Shown in pieces: positions 22,093 to 31,807 of a stretch of DNA of 64,000 nt (position 1 is the first letter of the stretch; every line of letters starts with the position of its first letter). The notes under the pieces are model-generated. The model saw only the letters and a list, made by a program, of their open reading frames with translations. It was not told where the DNA came from and did no database searches. A program made the position numbers and the translations under genes. Origin of the DNA: Trypanosoma brucei (taxonomy: Eukaryota); NCBI GenBank assembly GCA_000002445.1, contig CP000070.1:1312001-1376000 (forward strand), in the 5' to 3' direction.

Positions 22093-23265
22093 AAGGGTAC
22101 TGATCAAGATTTACGAGCGTGTATGTGTGCCACGTGCGAGTTAGATGTATAGTTGAACATGTGGTTTTCTCACCTACTGGTTATCAGGGAACAGGAGGAA
22201 GAGAGACGAGAAAAGAGAGTGTAGAACCCAGGCGGAATCCGGATGTGTAGAGTTTTTTTTATCCAACCCCCTCCTACAATCCCCAATTGTGACATTTTTG
22301 GATATGCAATGTTCAATTCTGTTGTACTTTTCGTGGGATATACCCCCCTTTCCGGACTGAATCCTCTTCCTGAAGATTGTTGACTTTGTTTCTCTGGTTT
22401 CCTGCTTTGTTCCCAGCAATGGGGGAACTTGTTCCTCTATTTTGCCATGTATGGTTCCGGCGGGGAGACCACAGCTACTATTCACATTATTGCTATTCGT
22501 TCCGTTTTCCTTTTCATCTCTGTATGTTTTTTTTTCCCTGACCCACTTAACGTATCTGTCCAACATACAGATGGGCTCGAGTGAGTGCACGATCTCAGTT
22601 AAAGGACAAGAGGGACGGGATATGTTAGTGGTGGCGGCTGTGAGCTAGCTGAGCTTATTTGGACCACTGTAAGGTGTGCATGTGGTGTGGGGTGTCGCAG
22701 TGGAATTTATAGTGGCTGAGCCGGTGTTAGTTTTGGGATGCCTTCTTCGCTTTCCATTTTCTTACCTGCGTTCCATCGACTATTGCAGGTGATTTTTTTG
22801 TTACTGTATTCATTGCCGTTACTTGTTGTCGTAGTACATCACCGTATTTGCGCACCGTAGTCGCCACTCTAGACGTTGTGTGCCACAAAGTTTGCCATGC
22901 ATGGAACTGATGTACAATATGATATGTACGTTGTGCGTATATGCCGTAGGCTGCGGGATGAATTGTTTGGGCCGTTACTTAGCTTTGTGTAGTGGCAATA
23001 TTTCTGTTGTTGTTCCCACTGGTAGCTATGTTTTATTCACTGTCTTCTCTACTGTGACCAAGTTCTTGTCACGGACTCTTGAGGTTCATCCTCGCCGTTT
23101 TGTCGAATACGCTTCCACACCGCTGATCATCTCCGTATATCTTCCCTCCTTTTTATACACTTTTTTGTATGGAATGACCATTCGAATCCGATATCAAAAA
23201 GAGTGAAACTAAAAAAAAAAGTTTTGCATTACTTCAATTAATTAGTACACATTACACCCAACGTC

Positions 23266-24813
23266 ATGACCGGTGGGGAGTTGGATGTGGTTAACCGCAT
23301 TCACAGGGAGCAACGCAACCGAAACGCATTTTGCATGTGGTGGATTGGCATGATTAACAACTTCCACTACTGCTTGGTGCTAAGTGGTTCCCTGAGTCTT
23401 GCTGAGGGATATGGAATGAGACAATACGTTGCACTGATTACGTGGGCGAATGTGTTCTTCGGAATTGTGGCCCGTATTATTAATGCATTGGTTCTCTCAC
23501 TACTGTCGTTCAACATCCGCGTGACAGTAACGTATTTTATGGGGCTGTTGGCAATTTTCTTGGTGAGCTTCGCTTATGACATCGGTGGACACAACAACGT
23601 TGCTGCTTTTGTTGTACTACTCATCGGTGTCGTCTTCATCGGTACTGCGAGTAGCTACGGCGAGTCCGTGTTTCTTGGATATATGGAGCGGTTACCGTCC
23701 AAGCAGGTCGGTGCGTGGTCCTCCGGGACGGGCCTGTCGGGCGTTGCTGCCTCTCTTATTTATCTCGGACTGGCACACGCTGGTTTTTCAAACTCCTCTA
23801 TCTTCCTCATGAGCACACCGTTTCTTGCGATGTACTGGGCATTTTACTTTTTCGGCCTTAAACTGCCCGTTGAAACGCGGGAGGGTGGGTACAAAGCAAT
23901 GGTGAACTGGAAGGGCACGCCGTGGAGGTCCATCACTCCGGTGCCTCATAATAAGATGCCCGAATGTTTGAAGGATATGCGACAGGAACAATGTTTGGCA
24001 ACTGAGGGGTACGAAGATGGCATGTACTCTGAGCAAGACGGAGACGACTCGCACCGGTCGCAAACCTTCAACGAGTATACTTGGCCTATTTTGAAGTCGA
24101 TGCACAAGTTTACATTGTGGAACAACTTCAACCTTGCCAGTGTGTACATTGCGGAGTACGCTGTTCAGTTCATGGCACCTTTCTGTTTCCCTTGCAAGCA
24201 ACTGAAGGAGAGCAAGAGCTTCTGGATAAAGAATGCGTTCGTATTGACACAGTTCTGCTATCAGTTTGGCGTTTTGATTTCTCGCAGCAGTCTTGTGTGC
24301 GTTCGCATTCGGCAGGTGTGGATTTTGACTGTTATTCAAGTGATTAACGCTGTCGCATGGTTTGTGGAAGCAAAGGTACACTTCCTGGAGGACCCCGACG
24401 ATGAGAAGCGGCAGCTTACATTCACTTTCATTTTGTTTGCGTGGATGGTTTTTGTGGGGCTTTTGGGTGGGGCCTCTTATGTGAATGTCTTCTACAACAT
24501 ACTTGAGGAGACGAAGGAGGCTCAGAATGCTGAGATTGCTGAATTCGTTGCTTGGCGCGGGAGGAAGAGGGCACCTGGGCTATCAAGTGAGCGCGTTTTT
24601 AACGATACAGAGTTTGGGGAGCCTTTGGGTTCAGAAGAGGAGGAAGCCACCATTATACGAGACTGTGTTGCTCACATTACCGCCGAGTGGAAGACAAAGC
24701 GTGACATGGCCATGAACATCGGTGCCCTTTACGTTACTGTTGGCATCACGCTTGGATCCCTCCTTGATCTCTTTTTTACGGTGGTCGTACTGCGCGGTGG
24801 TGGTTGCAGTTAG
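23266..24813 (+). CDS. CLN3: CLN3/battenin-family multi-pass membrane protein (515 aa)
   Basis: Several collinear blocks match human CLN3. [18 protein letters not shown] matches [62 protein letters not shown] matches [62 protein letters not shown] matches [37 protein letters not shown] matches GLLGGAAYVNTFHNIALET. Multiple hydrophobic spans. Confidence 0.85.
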   Translation: [515 protein letters not shown]

Positions 24814-25959
24814 CGTCTCTGCTACCATTGTGGTCTCACACCCTCTCTTGTAAGCTTTTTTCTTTGTTTTCTTTAATTAATTAATGTACCTCCCCCTCTT
24901 TGTTTGAATCCGGGTCATGGGAAGTGTCTTTCCCCTAGATAATCCGTTTTCTCGTTTGTGTGGTACTAGCACACACAAAATATGCCTTTTCAGCGGACTT
25001 TAAACAGCTGACATCGTTTTCATTTCTGAGGGTTAATACGATACAAAGTCGGGAGGTAGGCGCATGAGTAAACAGTTTTGAAGGAAAAAAAACTGAACGA
25101 GCGCGAGTAAAACATGATAAAGCTAAAAAGGAGGTGTTACGGTAGTAAAGCAAAGAAAAATAGAAAGCGCGAGGTTGGTAGAAAAGGGAAACAAACGTGG
25201 GTGCCGCGGGAGAATTTTGTTGCGTGATACCGTTATCCCACATCTGTTTCCCATATATTTTTCATAGTTTCGTTGAAACCCTTTGTGCTATGCCACTTTT
25301 AATGCCCCCTCATGCTTTTCATAACTATAAATCGTAAGAAAATTCGGAAGGGCGAGTGTCCCTCTCATTTATTTATTGAAGCAAGCCATTGTTACACAAG
25401 AACTAAACCTTCACTGCCTTCTCGCAATCTTTCTGCACCAACTCATTCATTTTTCCGGATGCATTGCGGAATCACGTGCTAATCTAAGTAGTAGCGTTTC
25501 CGGGCTCACTAACACTGTCGTTTTGGTACCTTATTGTCGGTGGTAGAAGCAGTGATATTTTAAAAAATCGGTTATATCTTACTTCTTGACGTTGATTATC
25601 CATGTGTCTCAACCTCCACGGGTAGAGCGAGCGTTCGGGCCGTTTCACCACCGTTTATTATTGTTTTTTTGTTGGGAATCTTTTTCTGCTTTCGTTGTCG
25701 TTGCATTACGGAGGTGTTTGTTTCTTGGGGGAATTTACTACATGCTGAATGCTTCTATTTATACCCCAACGTCCTAGGCTTTTTTTCTTCGCTTTTTTGA
25801 TTTTTGTGCAGCATCTTTGCTACGCAATAAGGTTACAAGTGCTTCGATGAGCATAGGACGTGCTTGGGTAAGTAAATTTGATCTTCAAAGTTATCTACGA
25901 CATTCTTGGCGTTGTTTACCGGCACTGAAATCCTTCACCGCCAACTAGCAGACTTGAAG

Positions 25960-27879
25960 ATGGCACAAGGACGAGTTATTGAGTGGTTCTACGACTCCCT
26001 TCCCTCCTGTGTAGGTTTGTGGGATCACACAGATCGTTCCGATGGCGAATGCGACGTGCTGCAGCGGTCTTCGTGTTCGCTGTGTGACTCACGGCGGCAC
26101 TTGTTGAGAGCTATTCCCAAGGCATATAAATCCTACAAGGATCTTAAACATGGGGGCCTCACGGAGGAACCAACTGATGTGGCGGAACGACATGTCACCG
26201 CCATACGGATTATCCTGCAAGTGAGCTACAACAAATATGCTCTCGATGTGCCTAGCGGTCATGTGCTTACGGTTTCTGCTTTCTTGGATGATCTGTGCTG
26301 CCAGCTGCTATTAGCGATGGCCGGGGGAAGGTATGATATGGATGATGACGTAGCCGTGTGGTGGGAGTTTCTGGAGGACGCTGTTGAGGCGTTGGGTCTG
26401 CACGCTGTGTTGGGAATTGGTGGGGATGGAAGTACGCCCCTGCTGCGTCCCCTCATAACCACACAGTGCTCTCCACATTCTGCTCGCGGTGCGTCGGAAC
26501 ACGAAGCAGGATGTTTGTTTCCACTGAGAAGGTGGATCGCGGTCGTGCGGCATATTTGCAGAACCGTGGACGGAGTGGTGCACCTTCCTAGTTGTGACGC
26601 TGCTCATAGTGGTGACCCAAATGCAGGTGACACGCGGGACGCAGGAGGGAAGGGGACTACGGGGATGCTCCTGAATGGGGCCAACCCGCTGGACTCGTTG
26701 CTTTCAGCTGTTAAGTTACTTTGCAGCTGCCTTTCTAACTCCTTCTTTTGTCACGTGCCGCCGGTGTGTGGCTTAGTGAGAGGGTCTCAGGCCGTGGCAA
26801 GCGGCGGAGATGCGCCGAAGACCGAAAGTAGCGCCCAGCATTTAATTAGGTTAGCTATACGCACCAATATAATTACTTCTTGTCGTCGACATGTTGGAAC
26901 GGCGTTAAGTGACAGCGACTCTCCACCCGTTACCGATGCAGCACTGCGCGAAGGCCGCTGTTCAACACAAAGTATGCTTGGACAGCTGATTTTGCTCCGA
27001 TGTACTCATGAAGAGGGCTGTGTAGGATCTGAGGGAGAAAAACGAGGAGGATGTTTCTGCTGGCTAGTAGTTGCTTCATCGCTAGTTGGTGCTGCCTTTT
27101 GTGTCCTTGTGGATGAAGAAGGAAATGTACCGTTACACACTGAGAGCTTTCTCCTGTGCTTTGTGCAGGTTGCTATTGAGGAGTGGAAGCGGAAACTGCA
27201 GCGGTATTCGCTGGGTGGAACGGAGGGTTTGGAGCTGCTAACACATCTGTTTCGTCGCATTGTGTATCAGTTACAGTTGGGACGACTTGTTGACATCTTT
27301 GGCCGCTCAGCTGCTCTCGTGCCACGCATTTTGTCACGACAGTACGTTCTCGCCAGCACATTAGTTCTACCCAATACCGTTGGCAACATTAACGACGGTA
27401 GTGGGTCAGCTGCGGCTGTTACCAGCTGGTTACTGGACCACGCGATTCGACGCTGGAATTTTCATCCTTCCCTTTTACTTCCCTGTTGGTGTCGCCGTGG
27501 CGACGCGGTTAATGTTGTGCGTGACGCTCCGCACGACGACGAAGGTGCGTTAGGGGATGAATTACTTATACGTACTGTGTTAACCGGGCAGCACGGTGAC
27601 CACTATTTTTTGCGTACCTTCGTAGACCACTGTGCTGCCGCTCGTCGCGGGCGACTCGGGAGTGGTGGGCCGTCCCCATTGGCCGAGATTCACTACTATA
27701 GCGTTATGTTGAATATCGTGAGGGACATGATGGCTGGAGATGCCATAGGTTTTTTAACAAAAAACAACTCTGACGCTAACAGCCCGACAACCGTCGGCAA
27801 CGATGCTTTCCCACGATACGAATGCCTGAGGTTCTTCAACGATTGGATGGCAATGATCCGCAAGGAACTCACGTGCTAA
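25960..27879 (+). CDS. Hypothetical Cys-rich protein (639 aa)
   Basis: Track start is TTG; first ATG at 25960. Long uninterrupted same-strand ORF between polypyrimidine-rich intergenic regions. No family recognised. Confidence 0.5.
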   Translation: MAQGRVIEWFYDSLPSCVGLWDHTDRSDGECDVLQRSSCSLCDSRRHLLRAIPKAYKSYKDLKHGGLTEEPTDVAERHVTAIRIILQVSYNKYALDVPSGHVLTVSAFLDDLCCQLLLAMAGGRYDMDDDVAVWWEFLEDAVEALGLHAVLGIGGDGSTPLLRPLITTQCSPHSARGASEHEAGCLFPLRRWIAVVRHICRTVDGVVHLPSCDAAHSGDPNAGDTRDAGGKGTTGMLLNGANPLDSLLSAVKLLCSCLSNSFFCHVPPVCGLVRGSQAVASGGDAPKTESSAQHLIRLAIRTNIITSCRRHVGTALSDSDSPPVTDAALREGRCSTQSMLGQLILLRCTHEEGCVGSEGEKRGGCFCWLVVASSLVGAAFCVLVDEEGNVPLHTESFLLCFVQVAIEEWKRKLQRYSLGGTEGLELLTHLFRRIVYQLQLGRLVDIFGRSAALVPRILSRQYVLASTLVLPNTVGNINDGSGSAAAVTSWLLDHAIRRWNFHPSLLLPCWCRRGDAVNVVRDAPHDDEGALGDELLIRTVLTGQHGDHYFLRTFVDHCAAARRGRLGSGGPSPLAEIHYYSVMLNIVRDMMAGDAIGFLTKNNSDANSPTTVGNDAFPRYECLRFFNDWMAMIRKELTC

Positions 27880-28686
27880 CGGAAAGTTGCCGCATTTTTT
27901 TCCCGCAGTAACGATGGTTTTTGAGGGCCGCATTTATACTATCTCTTACTTCTTTGCCTGTGCCCGTGTTTTTTTATTTACCCTAATTTTTTTTCCTTTA
28001 CCTTCCATTGTCTCGCTTTACCACTTCTCTCATACCAGATCCACCATTTCCCCGTATTCTCTTCCAATTGTCTCTGTCTTTTTTGAGGGCACCACCCCCT
28101 TTATTAACATCTTTGCTGCTTTTGTGCTTTATTATTTTTCTTTCCCCCTCTCGCTCACACACGCACACACACGACCAACTGGAACCAGGCTGCTTTGTTT
28201 ACCACTCCTGGTGGTATATGTTTGTCTGCTGCTGCGGGAGTGCTTCACATCGTTGGTTCTAACTACTTCGTTCCGTAACGGCGAAGGGGAGGGTAGGGGA
28301 GGATCAAAGGTTAATCGGTACAACGTGTGAAAGTCAGAGCCAAACTTAGGCGGCCAAAAGGGCGGGAGGTGGCAGAATAGCAGTGGGGCAACAAAGTAAG
28401 GGAGTTAAGTGCCGCCGCGGATTTGGAGGAGGAAGAGGAAGGGGAACTTTCTCTCCGTAGTGAAGTTATATTTTTCTAGCTTTTCTCGATTTGTGCTTTT
28501 GACTTGTTGCACAACCGTGGAAAGGGGAGCAGAGGGACTGAGACCAGAGTGGGAAAGGGGTGCTTGTTGAGTACGGTAGAGGTTTCGAAGTCCAGTTGAA
28601 GTTACGAGTGAGGGTTGTAAAATAAAAATAAATAAATCGCGAAGCGGTGAATCTCGTTGGACCTCTTTGCGCATCCCCGTGGGTTG

Positions 28687-30858
28687 ATGCTTCGGCACGC
28701 GTTGAAACTTTTTTGCTGCAGTGTGCCGCTAAACTCTCGCGTTGGTATATTTCCGCTTCACCTTGATCCACCCACTGTACAGCACAGGGAACTCTTCCGG
28801 CTGCTCGTGGGTGACATTGGGAAGGGATGCAGTCCCCCCAGAAGCGGTGGAAACACGGCAGAAATCCCGTGGTACTTCGAAGGCCTTGCGGGGAGTCTAC
28901 AGAAGAGTAGATGTGTGCCTTTTGAGCACCTTATATTGGTTCCCAACACACGTTTCCCCGTCGAGCTTCGGCTCTCAGCCCATATTGCGGCATTAACGTC
29001 ACTTGTGACGCGTGGGCTTCCCCGCGTGCACGTTGATTTCACCGCACTTGAGAACCCAGATGATGATATGCTCTGTGTGTACGAATTAACTCAGAGATAT
29101 AAGAATAGTACTCTTGTGCATTGGCTGCAGGATGCTCAGGAGATGCAAAAGTGGGCCTACTTCGGCGATGTGAAACACCGTGTTCCGCTCTTACTCTTGC
29201 AAACCGTGAGCATTCCTGTCACCGCTGTGGGTAAAGCAGGCGACGCCCGAATGCTTGAAAAGATCAGCGCCAACAGCGAGGGCATCTCGAATATGCCGGG
29301 GGAAGCCGCGGAGCACTCCAAAAAGGAGTGTGGGAGTGTGGGTGGTGAACCACCGCGGAACAGTGATAATTCCGCTAATGGCAGCAAGGTAAGTAGTGAG
29401 TACCCATCGGATGGTTGGATAAATGAGGGTGGTGGCGAAGAGGAAGTTGAAATAAGCCCGGCGTATCAATGTTACCCGAGGGCACTGTGGCTCGCCAATT
29501 CGGACGATACTCCGTTACACCTTGAAGCTGTGGACGAGGGTGACCACGAAATCAACAACGCAAAGGATGACTGTGACGAGGGTGCCGTTACTATTAGAGC
29601 AAACCCCAGTTCACAAGCGGAGGGGGACCCTCACGCCGTGAGCACACGACGTTTTTTCAGTGCCCTCAGCGCCACCCACGATCGTGCGTTGTGTGCGGTG
29701 CAGGTGGGCCGGAAGATTCATGACCTTGTGAAGGAACTCTGTCTAACTCCGAGTCACTCTCAAAAACCACACGAAGGTTTCAGTACTGCGCCGATGCCGC
29801 AACCCCGCGTTGAGGTTTATTCCGTTCCTCGGTGCTGTGGGGCCGACGTAAGGCAAGCGCTATGGGAACGGGAGGTGGATCCTTCGGCACTGCTGACGGA
29901 GCCTGTAAATCATTACATCAATAGTCATGGTCTATACCGTGATTATCGTAAGGATGTTTTCCCCAAGATGACATACATTTTACACAGTATACCCTCGAGC
30001 GACCGTACTGAGAACAAGATACGCAAAGGAAGGTTGCCGAATATTGGGTTCACTTCTGTTCTCTCCTTTCCGGGGATAATCCCCCGGCTTGAATTGCACT
30101 ATGACAAGAACAACAGCTTGGCATGTGATTTGTACGAAAAGTTGAGCATATTTAGCACACCTGAGGGTATGGAACCGGATCTCATTGTTCCCATTGGTGG
30201 TGATGGTTACATGATGCATTGCATTAGGAATAACTGGAGTCGATTCCTACCCTTTTTTGGAGTGAATGCTGGGCATGTAGGCTACCTTCTGAACGACCCC
30301 TCCACCGTCGAGGAGCTTCTCACTGCACCCCTGAAGCTGCACACTACAACCATGCTTTACTGCTTGGCTGAGAGGGAGGATGCACTTAGCGGGGAGAAAG
30401 TCCTTCTTTCCGAGCTTGCCTTCAACGATGCGTGGGTTGAGCGTTCGAGTGGACAGACAGCACTCATCCGTATTCTTATCAATGGCGAGGAGCGGATTCA
30501 TCGATTACGCGGTGATGGAGTGCTGGTGTCCACAGCGGCTGGAAGTACGGCTTACTGTCGCGCACTCGGTGCTTCTCCAGTTCCTGTCGGCGCACCCCTG
30601 ATCCAAGTGGTTGGGAGTAATGTAGTGTCACCTGCTCAATGGAGGCCTACGCACCTGCACCAGGAGGATCAGGTGGAACTGGAGGTGATTGACAGCGCCA
30701 AGCGACCTTGTCGGTGCTTCGTGGATTCCGTTGATGTCGGGAATGTCACGCGCTTGCAGGTGCGTTCGAGCAGGGCAGCCGGAGTTGTAATTGCTTTTGC
30801 GTGTAGTTGCGATCTCCAGCAGAAGCTGTACGAAATGCAGTTCCCCGCGAACATGTGA
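28687..30858 (+). CDS. NADK: ATP-NAD kinase domain protein with long N-terminal extension (723 aa)
   Basis: The C-terminal ~300 aa carries NADK motifs. PDLIVPIGGDGYMMH is the GGDG motif. FFGVNAGHVGYLL matches NxGxLGFL. DGVLVSTAAGSTAYCRALGASPV matches [21 protein letters not shown]. Track start is TTG; first ATG at 28687, but the true start may be further downstream. Confidence 0.75.
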   Translation: MLRHALKLFCCSVPLNSRVGIFPLHLDPPTVQHRELFRLLVGDIGKGCSPPRSGGNTAEIPWYFEGLAGSLQKSRCVPFEHLILVPNTRFPVELRLSAHIAALTSLVTRGLPRVHVDFTALENPDDDMLCVYELTQRYKNSTLVHWLQDAQEMQKWAYFGDVKHRVPLLLLQTVSIPVTAVGKAGDARMLEKISANSEGISNMPGEAAEHSKKECGSVGGEPPRNSDNSANGSKVSSEYPSDGWINEGGGEEEVEISPAYQCYPRALWLANSDDTPLHLEAVDEGDHEINNAKDDCDEGAVTIRANPSSQAEGDPHAVSTRRFFSALSATHDRALCAVQVGRKIHDLVKELCLTPSHSQKPHEGFSTAPMPQPRVEVYSVPRCCGADVRQALWEREVDPSALLTEPVNHYINSHGLYRDYRKDVFPKMTYILHSIPSSDRTENKIRKGRLPNIGFTSVLSFPGIIPRLELHYDKNNSLACDLYEKLSIFSTPEGMEPDLIVPIGGDGYMMHCIRNNWSRFLPFFGVNAGHVGYLLNDPSTVEELLTAPLKLHTTTMLYCLAEREDALSGEKVLLSELAFNDAWVERSSGQTALIRILINGEERIHRLRGDGVLVSTAAGSTAYCRALGASPVPVGAPLIQVVGSNVVSPAQWRPTHLHQEDQVELEVIDSAKRPCRCFVDSVDVGNVTRLQVRSSRAAGVVIAFACSCDLQQKLYEMQFPANM

Positions 30859-31807
30859 GCGGCTGACATTTGCAGCAACGCGAAACGATGATAATGATGA
30901 TTTGTACGAAATCCAAAACGAAACCTGTAGAGCGGATAAAAAGTCACGTGTGATTTGCATTGACCTTACTGTACGTTTGCTCCTTTACTTTGTAGTTATT
31001 CGCTTTCTCGTTGATGAGTGTGAGGGTTGTACAAGTTGGTGGACATGAGTGTTTTTGTGTGGTTGTCGAGGGTAATGTGGTGACGAGGTAAACAAGGCAA
31101 TGGAGCAAAGCTTGCTGGGGAGTGGTGGTGGATGGATTCCGTTTACTCTCTTTTGCATCTTTTTGGTGGGGTCTTTTTCGTTGTTGTTTCGCTGTGTGCC
31201 GCGGTGGAGTTCCTTCCCGTTTGCAAAACGACGCATATTTCATATCGGTGATATCATGGTAAAGGTCACATAGACTAGATAAGTGCATCTTTTCCCTCCG
31301 GGCCTTAATTGTTCAATTTTGTATAAAAAGGCTCTATCTTCCTTTTGCTGATGGTCGGTCCCGCAAGGAGGTGATAGAACGATCGCCCATGTATCTGTGC
31401 GCGCACTCGGATGATTGTGGTGTGTAAGAGCGGGCGCAGCGTCGACGGGCTCGTCTGCTCGTTCCGTAGGATGTGATTCCAATCTTTTCTTGCCCTTGTT
31501 ATTTATGCCGATTTTAGTTGTGGCCGTTTCAAATTGTCTTCCCTCCTTCGACCATCCCAAACTTCTTCTATTTTTTTCTTTTCTTACCAGTGCTAGAGTG
31601 TACCAAGGGCCCGTTCTGGTCGTACGGGGAGAAAGGCGTGGAGTTTGTCACTCTAGCGCAAGGATATAGGTTCAGTTAAGCAACAAAACTGAAATAGAGG
31701 GTTTCCGGAGAGGTATCAGAAAAAAATTACTAATAACAGAGATTAAAGTGCGAACGGTTGCAGACAGGCAATAAGAGGTCGAACTAACGGAAAGACAACA
31801 AGTTCAT

